Positions 10,408 to 19,473 of a stretch of DNA of 57,931 nucleotides are shown here, in pieces (positions within the stretch are counted from its first letter, which is position 1; every line of letters starts with the position of its first letter). The position numbers were made by a program, and so were the translations under genes. The notes under the pieces are model-generated. The model was given only the letters and a program-made list of their open reading frames with translations. It was not told where the DNA came from and ran no database searches. The stretch is from a virus (Duplodnaviria; Caudoviricetes): positions 1 to 57,931 of IMG/VR virus record IMGVR_UViG_3300012667_000325; one strand, 5' to 3'.

Positions 10408-10686
10408 TCACTTCCGAACCATCTTACCCACCACTCGGGGTGAGGCTTCTTTTTCAGAGATGCCGAAGAACGTACCGTGTGAGGGGTCGGTTTCCCTGCG
10501 CTTTTCAAGGTAGGCCGTAACGCCTTTACCCTTGTTGGCTTCGGTGTTCATCTGCTTGAGTTTGAGGCCGCCGGTGCGGGCCGCTTCTTCCTCGTTGTAC
10601 CGACGCCATTCAAAAGCGTTGGCCGGTGGGCGTGTGTCTTTGAGCACAAAGCATCCTTTCTTGTGGTCGTAAACTGACGGGTTCAT
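10408..10686 (-). CDS. Hypothetical protein
   Basis: 92 aa with GGAGG RBS and overlapping gene junctions. Confidence 0.55.
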   Translation of the reverse strand: MNPSVYDHKKGCFVLKDTRPPANAFEWRRYNEEEAARTGGLKLKQMNTEANKGKGVTAYLEKRRETDPSHGTFFGISEKEASPRVVGKMVRK

Positions 10687-10850
10687 ACTTCCTCCTCCCA
10701 GCTGTGGCTACACCAGTCGCAGCAGTCACAACGGTACTCTCGGGTTGCGAACGTGACTTCGTCGTTACCTTTGATCTTCGTAGTCACGACCGGCACATCA
10801 GGGTTGTTGCATACGGGGCAGGTCTTGCCCTCGTCTTCGTCATCAATCAT
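10683..10850 (-). CDS. Small zinc-ribbon protein (not in ORF track)
   Basis: 55 aa, MIDDEDEGKTCPVC...RCDCCDWC, with ATGA overlaps at both ends. Confidence 0.6.
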   Translation of the reverse strand: MIDDEDEGKTCPVCNNPDVPVVTTKIKGNDEVTFATREYRCDCCDWCSHSWEEEV

Positions 10851-11323
10851 TTGAACCTCGTGTTGTAGAGCCAGCGAGCCATGAGCAGGGACTCAGCGCG
10901 GTCGCTGTGTTTTTTCAAGTTGAGCGGGGCGGTGGGGAAGGTGCGAACGGCGAGGGCGCGACTCATCTCCTTGTCAGAGGCGAGGCCGAAGCTCTTTTTC
11001 CAAGTCACCGGCGCTACGTAGTGCAGCTCCCAACCTAGGGCCGCTATGACGGCGCGCGCTGTTCCGAAGCTATCCCCCAAGCTGAACACCGAACTCACAC
11101 CCTGTCCTGGCATGGCGTTCACACGCTCAAGCACAACGCTAACTGCGTCCACCGGCGGCACGTGCGAGCGCAACAGCGAAAACAGCCCTGCGGGGTCTAC
11201 TTCGCGCTTCACACTACCCGAGCCCTTGGCAACGGTCGGCATGTCCTCTACGGCCACGAAAACGCCACTTCTGAGCACACCGATAGCGCCTGTGAGTCCT
11301 GGATCAATTCCGATCGTGATCAT
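10847..11323 (-). CDS. RuvC-like Holliday junction resolvase
   Basis: IGIDPGLTGA, VVLERV, FSLG, PVTWKK and DRAESLL motifs. Confidence 0.88.
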   Translation of the reverse strand: MITIGIDPGLTGAIGVLRSGVFVAVEDMPTVAKGSGSVKREVDPAGLFSLLRSHVPPVDAVSVVLERVNAMPGQGVSSVFSLGDSFGTARAVIAALGWELHYVAPVTWKKSFGLASDKEMSRALAVRTFPTAPLNLKKHSDRAESLLMARWLYNTRFK

Positions 11324-12177
11324 TACAGAACCTCGTAGTGGTTGCAGCCTGCGCGCTGCTGGTTGATGTCAAGGTGTTCGCCTTTCAGCTCACACGTCCA
11401 AGTGCCGTTCTCGGTCGGGGTGCAGTTCACGCAGGTGCGGCAATGACGCAGGGGTTCCGCGTCACCGTAGCACACTTCGACCATGTCACAGAACTTGCAG
11501 GTGAAGCTCGTCTTGTCGTCGCTGATACCGGCGGGGCGCATGCGGGCTTCGACGAGCTTGATGACTTTCTGCTCAACGGCCTTCTGCGTCTTGCGGTCAG
11601 CTGCGATACGCTGCACGTCATACGCCTCATCATTCTTGCAAAGCGACACGTAGAGCGAACGGGTGAACCCGCCGAGCCACATACCGACTTGCATCTGAAT
11701 GTAGTGCAACGGCTTGTGCTTCTCGACCCCGTGCTTGACCACGGCGTTGAAACTTGTTTGGTTGTGGGTCTTGATCTCAAGGTTGTGCGGCTTTTCGGCG
11801 CTCTCGGGCACCCCTTTAATCACGCCGTCTACCTTACAGATGAGATGACCGGTAGGGTCTAGGAACTCAAACTGCTTGCCGTCAGCGTCTTTCTCAAACA
11901 CCTGCAGACCGGCGGCCTTCAAATCAGCTACAACGCGATCTTCCTGCAAGTGGCCGGTAGCAAACAGGCGCAACATGCGGCCCGCGAACTGCTTACGCGC
12001 ATACCCGCGCCAGTCAAGCCAGACGCTGCGAATACACTCGTTACCGATGCTTGAAGCGCCAAGGCGGCCTAGGTAGATACCGCCGCGCTCCACTATACTC
12101 TTTGCCTCAGCGTACTCATACGAGTTGTACATCCGGTCGATGACCTGCTGCTCAGGGCTTTTTGGTATTGCTGCCAT
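11323..12177 (-). CDS. Cas4-like PD-(D/E)XK exonuclease with Fe-S/Zn cysteines
   Basis: ASSIGNEC, GHLQE, KVDG, LEIKT, QMQ and CKFC-x5-C motifs plus extra C-terminal cysteines. Confidence 0.82.
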   Translation of the reverse strand: MAAIPKSPEQQVIDRMYNSYEYAEAKSIVERGGIYLGRLGASSIGNECIRSVWLDWRGYARKQFAGRMLRLFATGHLQEDRVVADLKAAGLQVFEKDADGKQFEFLDPTGHLICKVDGVIKGVPESAEKPHNLEIKTHNQTSFNAVVKHGVEKHKPLHYIQMQVGMWLGGFTRSLYVSLCKNDEAYDVQRIAADRKTQKAVEQKVIKLVEARMRPAGISDDKTSFTCKFCDMVEVCYGDAEPLRHCRTCVNCTPTENGTWTCELKGEHLDINQQRAGCNHYEVL

Positions 12178-12343
12178 GTTGTGTCTTTCTTAGTTATGAA
12201 CAATGTGCTCGTTCCTGAATTCGTCCCCTGATCTTATGAACCCAGACCCCGAAGGGTCTGGGGCGCACCCCCAGAGTTTCGATGGCATTCAGGCTTTTAC
12301 CGAGTGAGCGGGCTCAGCGTAGGGCGGGATGCTCCCAAGTCTT

Positions 12344-12478
12344 TTATTTCAGCTTACGGGCCTTAACCCAGTCAACAGCGCGGTGTAGCTGCCAGCCGAC
12401 CCACACCCCGATAATCAGGGCGAGGGCCATAGCCACAAGCACATCACCGCGACCGGCGAATATGCCTACCGTGCTCAT
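12344..12478 (-). CDS. Small membrane protein (not in ORF track)
   Basis: 44 aa, MSTVGIFAGRGDVLVAMALALIIGVWVGWQLHRAVDWVKARKLK, with one transmembrane segment and an ATGA overlap. Confidence 0.55.
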   Translation of the reverse strand: MSTVGIFAGRGDVLVAMALALIIGVWVGWQLHRAVDWVKARKLK

Positions 12479-12975
12479 TTTGCGCCAACGGCTTTAGGCA
12501 GGGGGAACGGCACCTCGAGAGTTGAGGCGCAAGAGCCGTCTTGAGCCTTAGCGGGGTGCTTAGACCAGTTGTCTACCGGAGCCGACATCACGCAACCCTG
12601 AGTAGATGAAACCGTGCTACACATGACGGTAGCCTTCTCAATTTGCAGGTTCTGTGTCTTACCTTCTGCGCGCTCGCTACGCATGAACACGACCTCGGCC
12701 CAGCCGTCACCTTGAGGGCAAGTGGATGAGTGGGTTGTGTCAGCTTTGACGATAGTCTCCCAGCCTTGGATACGGGGGTTCTGACGTTGATACTCGGCAG
12801 CGGACGCACCGGCGTTGGCACGACCTTGAGCGCGTTGTTCTTCCACTGTTTGGAACGAGAACGCTTTGTCTTTACTGACTTGACCGCCGTCTTTCATGAC
12901 CTGCTCGACGGGTTTCTCACCGCAGGCGGTGAGGGCTAAAACAGCAACTAAGATTGCGATTGATTTCATTTTCAT
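12475..12975 (-). CDS. Putative lipoprotein
   Basis: MKSIAILVAVLALTAC lipobox, four further cysteines, GGAG RBS. Confidence 0.7.
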   Translation of the reverse strand: MKMKSIAILVAVLALTACGEKPVEQVMKDGGQVSKDKAFSFQTVEEQRAQGRANAGASAAEYQRQNPRIQGWETIVKADTTHSSTCPQGDGWAEVVFMRSERAEGKTQNLQIEKATVMCSTVSSTQGCVMSAPVDNWSKHPAKAQDGSCASTLEVPFPLPKAVGAK

Positions 12976-13071
12976 TTCTCCAGATTGTTACAGAAACAAG
13001 ATTCGAAAGGTGACCCCCCACGCAGGGTCTGTAGCTCCGGTTAATCGGAAGCGCGGGGGGTCGAACTCAGG

Positions 13072-13563
13072 TTAATCCCAAGGATTTGCCTTCTTACCGG
13101 CAGGAGCCTCAGCAGCCTTTGCGGGGGCGGCCTTAGCAGGAGCCTTTGCGGGCTTGTCATCCGCAGCGAACAAGAATGCGCGCACACGGTTGCTGTCTTT
13201 GTAGCCGCCGGTACCCTTCTGAGTGTCCACGGCTGCTTGGAACTTCTTGCCGATCAACTTGTCGGTGTCGTCGCAGTCCGCTTTGCCGCAGGCGGTAGCC
13301 CAAGCCACGAGCTGTTGACGACCGATCTTCTGAGCCATCTCGCTCTTGTTGACGGTGTTGAAGTTCTGCCAGATCCAGCGACCGTTGAACTCGCCACCGA
13401 CGACTTCAAATTTCACTTTGATCATCTCACCGCCTGAGGCAGTGCTTTTCTCTTCGGCATCGATACCAACCAGCGTGTACTCACCATCAGGGATAGGGTC
13501 GTAGTTACCAGAGGGTGCGTCGTTAACGTCGACTTCAGACGTGTCAAAACCAAATTTAGCCAT
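13072..13563 (-). CDS. DUF669-like single-stranded DNA-binding protein
   Basis: YDPIPDGEY...GRWIWQNF pattern with an Ala/Pro/Lys tail ending NPWD; adjacent to the Sak4-like ATPase. Confidence 0.78.
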   Translation of the reverse strand: MAKFGFDTSEVDVNDAPSGNYDPIPDGEYTLVGIDAEEKSTASGGEMIKVKFEVVGGEFNGRWIWQNFNTVNKSEMAQKIGRQQLVAWATACGKADCDDTDKLIGKKFQAAVDTQKGTGGYKDSNRVRAFLFAADDKPAKAPAKAAPAKAAEAPAGKKANPWD

Positions 13564-13592
13564 GTTGTTTCTCCTTTGAAATGGCGGGGGGA

Positions 13593-14333
13593 TTAGTGAG
13601 CGATAGGGATCAGTTTAGCGAGGGTTTCGATGTTCATATCGGCATCCTCAGGGCAGTCGTAACGGTTTTTAGCCGCATACGCTGGGGTCTCAATAAAGTG
13701 CAACAGGCGGTCACCGTTGGTGGTGCCACGAGTCTTCTTAGCGTTGAAACCGGCGTCATCTTTCTTGATGATGACTTTGAAGGCGCAGAACGCCAACACA
13801 TCGGCCCACTCTTGCAACAAGGCGTTGCAGCGGTTAGGCAGCTTAGGCTGATAGCGGTCATACGGCTCGGTGCGCGGGTCTTCAAACTTCACCACGGCAG
13901 CGTGAGCAATGAGGACCACGTTCATGCCTTTCTTCAGGCGGAGTGCGTCAAGCCCTTGCAGGATCTCACGGAACTCCTCTGCGATGAACATCTGACCCTT
14001 GCCGAACGACTGCTCTTTGTCATCGTACTTAGAGTTCACACTCTCAACGATGAGCGGCTCAATCAACCAGTCCACCGAGTCAACCACCACGGTCTTGAAC
14101 TCATGGTCTTCTTTGAGCAGGGTCTTGATGCTCTCGACGACATCGTTCAGCGTAGTAGCGCGGGGGAACGAGGTCACGTCAAGCGAATCCAAGCCGTCTT
14201 CGGTACTGATGAAGATGGGCTTAGGGAACTGGCTAGCCAGCGTTGACTTGCCGATACCGTGGCCGCCATAAATGCAGATACGGGGCGGGACGGCTTGTTT
14301 GCCGACCCGAAGGTTTTCCATCCAATTTGCCAT
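13593..14333 (-). CDS. Sak4-like AAA ATPase / recombinase
   Basis: YGGHGIGKST Walker A, TVVVDSVDWL Walker B, LIAH and AKNRY. Probable start is ATG 14333 (MANWMEN). Confidence 0.85.
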   Translation of the reverse strand: MANWMENLRVGKQAVPPRICIYGGHGIGKSTLASQFPKPIFISTEDGLDSLDVTSFPRATTLNDVVESIKTLLKEDHEFKTVVVDSVDWLIEPLIVESVNSKYDDKEQSFGKGQMFIAEEFREILQGLDALRLKKGMNVVLIAHAAVVKFEDPRTEPYDRYQPKLPNRCNALLQEWADVLAFCAFKVIIKKDDAGFNAKKTRGTTNGDRLLHFIETPAYAAKNRYDCPEDADMNIETLAKLIPIAH

Positions 14334-14364
14334 TTTTACTTTCTCACTTTCTAAGTTATGAGGC

Positions 14365-14694
14365 TTACGCCTCGTCAAAATACCACTCTTGTGGTACGTA
14401 TTGAAAAGTGTTCCTATCCCAGCTGAGCAGGTCCACTTTACCAACCATTTCAGACACCAGCGCGGTGCAAATTGCACACAACGCAGGGTCTCCAATCATC
14501 AACAGGTAGTCGCCCGCCTGCCAGTCTTTGAGTATGTGACGCGCCTTGCTTATCATCGCATCGGTGTCGTAAGGCTTGCGCGGGTTTGCGAACACGGCCC
14601 GCAGCGCACCATACTTCTTAGCGTCAGACAAGTCCTTATTGTTATCCACCTGCACGACGTAGACCGTGCGAGTGTTACCGAGTTCATTGTTCAT
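14365..14694 (-). CDS. Conserved hypothetical phage protein
   Basis: VYVVQ...DLSDAKKYG...DYLLMIGDP; overlaps the end of the polymerase gene. Confidence 0.65.
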   Translation of the reverse strand: MNNELGNTRTVYVVQVDNNKDLSDAKKYGALRAVFANPRKPYDTDAMISKARHILKDWQAGDYLLMIGDPALCAICTALVSEMVGKVDLLSWDRNTFQYVPQEWYFDEA

Positions 14695-16528
14695 CTGATT
14701 TCTTCTTTCGAGTTTTCTTTGGGGGCGGGGCGACAAGTTTAAGCTGTTCGTCAGTTAAATATGCGTGACACCCAACCGCGATTGCGATCTTGATTGCCTC
14801 CTTGTAATACCAACCGTAGTCAAGGTCTGCTGGGTGCGTGACCTTGTCTTCAAGAGTCATACAGGCCCGAGCGCCGTCAGTCTTTGGAACTTTGTTGGCG
14901 TTCTTGATGTACTTAAGTGGCGGTAGGCTCTCATCCGAGGACTGATACCAACGTACAACCTTGCCGAGCGGAACGCCATTTTGTTCGCCGCCGCCAGTGA
15001 CGTTTCTTGCACTGATAAAATCGACGAAAGGTGCATTCCTAATAGTGTCCTCAAACGGAGTTCCGTTCGCAAGCCACGCGCCGACCGCATCTGCTGTAAC
15101 TTGCGCAGTCGGGTTTTTCTTAAGCGAGAGGGGAGCATAAATGCCTTTCGTTTTCAGCTTGCGGTCAGGTTTGACAGCAAAATAATTGTTGACGTCCTTC
15201 ATAGCCAGCACACGGTACGGCGTGAACTCAAATTCAAACCGCGACACCTGACTGAAACGCTTGACTACCTTCTGAACACCAGCTTCGAGGTGGTTTCCGT
15301 AGCGGATCGCGATGCCGTCAGTGTTGGCGCTAAGCGTGGTGGCCCCGAGGATTTCGAGCCACTCAATCAGCATCAACAATGTGAACTGGCCAGTGAGCGT
15401 AACGGCGAGCATCAGGTCAGGCGAGTACAACACAGAGTACTTGCTGGCGAGCTTGCCGAACGTGCCGTTGAGCGAAATCTTCAGTGTTTCGTTGGTGGCT
15501 TTATCACCTGTACGCTTAGCCTCAAGTCGACGCTCGTAGATTTGTCGGTATTCGTCGACAAACCGTTTACCAAGGCTCGCCGGTACAAATCCGCACTCAA
15601 GGATGATACTAGGGTAGAAGCTAGCCGCATCAATATCACAGATGATATCTCCTCCGGCGACATAACAGACTGATTTATCATGAGTGCTGTGTATACCACC
15701 GACACCGAGCTGGTATGTTCCACTTCCGAACCGGATAACGTCTCCGCCGAGAAAATCAGGGAGGATGACGTGTCCAGTAGACTGGTTGATGTCGAAGACA
15801 TGGCGGGAGACCCTTTCAAGCAGGTGCTGTAGCTCGGCGTCTTGAAACTTCAAGAAGGCGGGCGGCGTGTAGGTGATCGTTTTAGGGATCTTGTTGTCAC
15901 GGCGTTGCAGGCTCATCGAGGTGATGTATGCCTGCTCAGCCATTTGCGCGTCAGACTTGCTACGCATGTCAACACCGTACTGCTTAGACATCGCGATACG
16001 CAGCATGAGTTCAGGCTCGAGCCGGTTGAGCAGCTCTTCCGTAGTGTCAAGGTCGTTGTCGCAGTACGAGTCAACAACCACGCCGTCTTCTACCCTGATG
16101 TTCTTATCGTGGGCGATCGGCATGTCTTGCAGCAACGGCATGTGCATCCGTGCGCCGTAGGCTTTGAGGCCGACGAACGAGGGCGCAACTTCAATCAAGT
16201 CGATCGTGTCTATCTGCATACGTAGCAGAGAATGTTTAGTGTAAGCGTTCCAAGGCGACAAGCGGTTCACAATGATGTCATCTGCTATACGCTTGATTTC
16301 AATTTCGTTTCGCCCAGCACAAAACGCTGACAAAATGATATTGTCAAAGCTGTGATTGTTAAACCCGACGTAGGTCATATTAGGGCGGTTCAAGAACTCC
16401 CACAAACGCTCGACCGCGCGCGGCTCATTACGGCGAAAACGGAAATACTCACCTGTCTCAATATCTTTGAAAGATATCAAGGTGTAGTTGGGTATCGTTT
16501 CGCAGTCGAAAACGTAAGTGGATGACAT
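14684..16528 (-). CDS. Family-B DNA polymerase with 3'-5' exonuclease
   Basis: Exonuclease motifs FDCET, GFNNHSFD and YCDND; polymerase motifs DAASFYPS, KISLNGTFGK and NTDG. Confidence 0.9.
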   Translation of the reverse strand: MSSTYVFDCETIPNYTLISFKDIETGEYFRFRRNEPRAVERLWEFLNRPNMTYVGFNNHSFDNIILSAFCAGRNEIEIKRIADDIIVNRLSPWNAYTKHSLLRMQIDTIDLIEVAPSFVGLKAYGARMHMPLLQDMPIAHDKNIRVEDGVVVDSYCDNDLDTTEELLNRLEPELMLRIAMSKQYGVDMRSKSDAQMAEQAYITSMSLQRRDNKIPKTITYTPPAFLKFQDAELQHLLERVSRHVFDINQSTGHVILPDFLGGDVIRFGSGTYQLGVGGIHSTHDKSVCYVAGGDIICDIDAASFYPSIILECGFVPASLGKRFVDEYRQIYERRLEAKRTGDKATNETLKISLNGTFGKLASKYSVLYSPDLMLAVTLTGQFTLLMLIEWLEILGATTLSANTDGIAIRYGNHLEAGVQKVVKRFSQVSRFEFEFTPYRVLAMKDVNNYFAVKPDRKLKTKGIYAPLSLKKNPTAQVTADAVGAWLANGTPFEDTIRNAPFVDFISARNVTGGGEQNGVPLGKVVRWYQSSDESLPPLKYIKNANKVPKTDGARACMTLEDKVTHPADLDYGWYYKEAIKIAIAVGCHAYLTDEQLKLVAPPPKKTRKKKSDEQ

Positions 16529-16965
16529 TAACGATCCTGATTGACGTAGCCGATTGACGCGTCAGCGCCGTCATCAGACGTAGCGCCGTTGATGGCCTGC
16601 TGAATGCGGCCCGCAACAAGGTGCAACGTGCCGGTGCTCTGCCAAGTGAGCAGGTGGCTGATGATGTCGGCATCGTCGCCGGTGAGCTGATTAGCTGCCA
16701 AGTACTCATTGATGACCTGACGTGGCACCTGAGGGATGCGCTCAGAGATCTCAACTTGAGGCGCGTCTTGACGGCGCTCGGCGAGCTTCTTGACGAAGTG
16801 CAACGCCTTACGCAAGTCCTCAACGCCGTTCTTGTTGCGCCAGCGGGTGATGTACTTAGTGGCGCAACCCTCAAGGTAGCCCACGCCGTAGGCGTCAATC
16901 AAGTCCCAGTGCTGGATACCTGAGCGGTAGTGGTTGCCGCCGATTTGCATGTTGTTAGCATTCAT
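16528..16965 (-). CDS. DUF3310 protein (T7 gp1.7-like nucleotide kinase family)
   Basis: QIGGNHY...YLEGCATKYITRWRNKNGVEDLRKALHF signature. Confidence 0.82.
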   Translation of the reverse strand: MNANNMQIGGNHYRSGIQHWDLIDAYGVGYLEGCATKYITRWRNKNGVEDLRKALHFVKKLAERRQDAPQVEISERIPQVPRQVINEYLAANQLTGDDADIISHLLTWQSTGTLHLVAGRIQQAINGATSDDGADASIGYVNQDR

Positions 16966-17465
16966 TTCAAAATCTCCGAGAGTTGGTCATTAATAAGGTC
17001 AAACAATTCGCGCTCGCGCCCGACAAGGATCATACTTTCGGCGTAGCTCATGTAGCGGGAATAGACAAGGCTCATCTTACGGTTACCCATCTCAATCTCA
17101 CGCAAACAGAACAAAGCGCCTTGCGCGATGTCAGCGAGCTTGAGGGTGCGTTCTTCATGCGGGGTGAGGCTCAACACGCCTAAACCCACGGCAGCCATCA
17201 GGCGCATCTCAAGCAGTGTGACCTGCTCGCCAATACCGTACTCACGCTTAGCGGGGGAAGGAATGTCGCCGGTGATGTGCTCAGACAAGTCGTGCACGAG
17301 AGCGGCTTCAAGCAGGGCAACGCTAGCATGGTGGTTGGTCAGAACCAAACACAACATTGCAACGCCGTGCGAATGATGACCGACGGTTTCTTCACGCAGG
17401 GTGGTGACGGTGTGATACCGCTTGACCTCGCTGCCGGCCATAATAAATTCAAGGGTGTTTTTCAT
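16962..17465 (-). CDS. HD-domain 5'-deoxynucleotidase / dNTPase (YfbR-like)
   Basis: VKRYH, ETVGHHS, LVHDLSEHITGDIPSPAK and KLAD motifs. Confidence 0.85.
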   Translation of the reverse strand: MKNTLEFIMAGSEVKRYHTVTTLREETVGHHSHGVAMLCLVLTNHHASVALLEAALVHDLSEHITGDIPSPAKREYGIGEQVTLLEMRLMAAVGLGVLSLTPHEERTLKLADIAQGALFCLREIEMGNRKMSLVYSRYMSYAESMILVGRERELFDLINDQLSEILK

Positions 17466-17497
17466 CAAGTTACTCCAGTTATCAAGTTATGCTACGA

Positions 17498-17550
17498 ATT
17501 TTAGCCTCAATTTTTACACGGTCACGATTGTATTTTCAAATCGTGACCGT
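17498..17550 (-). promoter_or_regulatory. Putative promoter: GATTTGAAAATACAATC box plus TAAAAT, inside a 12-bp perfect inverted repeat
   Basis: Inverted repeat ACGGTCACGATT (17518-17529) / AATCGTGACCGT (17539-17550). The box and TAAAAT recur at 25833-25876. Confidence 0.55.
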
Positions 17551-17559
17551 ATTCATCAT

Positions 17560-18555
17560 TTACTCTTTCTCGGCCCTAAGCAATTCGCGCTTGTGGATCC
17601 AATTAAACACCGCGCGCTTCCAGTCTTGAGCGCGGATCTTGGCGGCAAAGCCCATTCCGTCACCGGCGCGGATCTTGCGAATGCGGCTGACCATGGCCAT
17701 CGGCTGCGCCACGTGAGTGAAGAACGGGTTCTTGTACTCGGCGGATTGATTGAACGGATCGCAGCAGAACTTCTCACAATCCAGCAGGAATGATTTGTAG
17801 TCTCCGTTGAGCATGATAGGTAGCGCGCCGACCGCGCCCTGTGAGTACAAGTCGTAGTCCTCAACAGTGGGCGGGTTTTCAATGTGCTTGGCAGCATCGT
17901 ACAAATTGACGTACAAGTGGAGATTGTTGCTCACCTGACGGTAAGGGCCGCAGTGCATGTTGAGCGCGCTAGCAACGAACTCCTGCAAGAAGCTGAAGTG
18001 CACAGCGTTAGCGCCGTACGCACCCCACCAGATGTCGTTACTGCGGTTGAACACGGTCATGTTCAAGCGCCCGCCACGGGTGTCAAATACGACCTGTGTG
18101 TTGCAAGCCTTGTCCTTTGTGCGCTTGTTCAAGTCGTCTTGATCCCACATCTGAATGACCGCCTGACGGCTTGAGGGGTCTTTGCGCAGGAGCTTGATGA
18201 CTTCCTCGAGCTGATCAAACCCGAAGTGTCGACGCCAGCGGTAGCCGTAGGCAGCGTTAAACACCTTGCCGTCATCGCTGAACTGATTGATGGTGCTGTT
18301 GAAGTGCTGCAGGAACTGCACGTCACGGCGACCCGCCAGCATCCAGATCGACTCCATCAGGTGGAAGATCGGGTTCGCGTCACGCCCCGTATGGAACAAC
18401 ACGCGCTCCTGCGGGTAGCGGTAGGTGGTGATGACCGGCTCGGCTATGACGTAAGCGGGGCCGTTACGCGTCTGCTCAGGCTTGAGCCCCATCGTCTTCA
18501 TCTTCCAGAAAATCTCGCTAAATGCGTGATTCACGTTACGTACTTGGATTTCCAT
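17560..18555 (-). CDS. Thymidylate-synthase-fold dUMP hydroxymethylase
   Basis: AAYGYRW, SRQAV, catalytic Cys in KDKACN, RSND...GANAVHF with Asn at the dUMP-specificity position, and NLHLY. Lies in a hypermodification context. Confidence 0.85.
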   Translation of the reverse strand: MEIQVRNVNHAFSEIFWKMKTMGLKPEQTRNGPAYVIAEPVITTYRYPQERVLFHTGRDANPIFHLMESIWMLAGRRDVQFLQHFNSTINQFSDDGKVFNAAYGYRWRRHFGFDQLEEVIKLLRKDPSSRQAVIQMWDQDDLNKRTKDKACNTQVVFDTRGGRLNMTVFNRSNDIWWGAYGANAVHFSFLQEFVASALNMHCGPYRQVSNNLHLYVNLYDAAKHIENPPTVEDYDLYSQGAVGALPIMLNGDYKSFLLDCEKFCCDPFNQSAEYKNPFFTHVAQPMAMVSRIRKIRAGDGMGFAAKIRAQDWKRAVFNWIHKRELLRAEKE

Positions 18556-19473
18556 TTAGAACAACTCCTCGGGTTTGTAGATAGTTTTAGGGACGCCCTC
18601 ATTCAGGACGCAGCGGCAATATTTGCTGAATTCGCACATAACATTTTGCACATCATGTAGCGTCATGTCTTCAATGTGCAGTTGCTCAACGATCTGATCG
18701 CGGATCTCGATGAGCGCCTTGTTGAAGTCGCCTTGACCCCAGCTCGCAAACGGGCGGCGACCCTTGAGGTAGTTCAGGCCGCGAGAGCTTCCTGGGCCTA
18801 TAGGGGCGTAAGTGTAAAGGTCTTCAAAGTCCATACCGGTGTAAGTCAGGTCGGCAGCCACTTGACCGGCCATAAAGGTGCTCAGGCCGAAGCACTGTGA
18901 GAGCGCCTCGACAAACGCCTGAACCGTCTGCTCACCGGCCCACAGCGACATATGAACGCTGTCCGCATTCTTAATGACGTCACCAATGATGTGCTTGGCG
19001 ATGGCGGAAGACTTGTTACCACCCACGTCCATCTTGGTCGGGTAGACCATGTACGCGCCGGAGTACACCTTTGTGTCGTTAACCTTGAGCGCCTCAATCG
19101 TTACTGAGAACAACTCAGCATCGAAGTTTTCAGGGGCGCACGGAATGACCTGCTCGTGCAGCAACGCCTGCAAGGTCGGGGGCCAGTTGATGAGGCGCGC
19201 GATGAGCAACGTGAACCACAGGTGCTCGTCACCGGTGTCAACAGCGGGTTGAATCAGGTGATCAATGATCCACTGAGAGACGCGATCGTCACGGCGGCGG
19301 ATGTTGGTGAACTTGTACTTCTTGAGCACAGGGTCATTAGTGAGCTGGTCAAGCGGCCAGCCGCCTTCTTTAGCGACTCGCACGGCCTCGCGTTCCCACA
19401 CGAAGTACAGCAACCCCTCGAGCGAGGTTACGTTCTTCGCGTCAGGGCGCGGGTAAGGACAAACATCAATCAT
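18556..19473 (-). CDS. 5-hmdU DNA kinase helical domain (aGPT-Pplase1 family)
   Basis: FVWERE...DPVLKKYKFTNIRRRDDRVS, RLINWP, FMAGQVAADL, GPGSSRGL and QNVMCEFSKY motifs. Confidence 0.85.
   Translation of the reverse strand: MIDVCPYPRPDAKNVTSLEGLLYFVWEREAVRVAKEGGWPLDQLTNDPVLKKYKFTNIRRRDDRVSQWIIDHLIQPAVDTGDEHLWFTLLIARLINWPPTLQALLHEQVIPCAPENFDAELFSVTIEALKVNDTKVYSGAYMVYPTKMDVGGNKSSAIAKHIIGDVIKNADSVHMSLWAGEQTVQAFVEALSQCFGLSTFMAGQVAADLTYTGMDFEDLYTYAPIGPGSSRGLNYLKGRRPFASWGQGDFNKALIEIRDQIVEQLHIEDMTLHDVQNVMCEFSKYCRCVLNEGVPKTIYKPEELF

Noticed and set aside
11323-12177. Cas4 as part of a CRISPR system
   Set aside because: No cas1/cas2 or array. It lies with Sak4, SSB and RuvC-like genes, the usual phage recombination context.
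14981-15673. Long antisense ORFs (also 39377-40138, 46088-46831, 13581-14246)
   Set aside because: These are shadow frames opposite well-supported genes, expected from codon bias, with no recognisable motifs.
16962-17465. DatZ and a 2-aminoadenine (Z) genome
   Set aside because: No PurZ (adenylosuccinate synthetase-like) gene was seen, and the neighbouring genes point to pyrimidine modification.
17560-18555. dCMP hydroxymethylase (T4-like hmC) or ordinary ThyA
   Set aside because: The specificity position after RSND reads Asn (dUMP-type) rather than Asp, no glycosyltransferase was seen, and the HMUDK/AADT neighbours need hmdU. The alignment was by eye.
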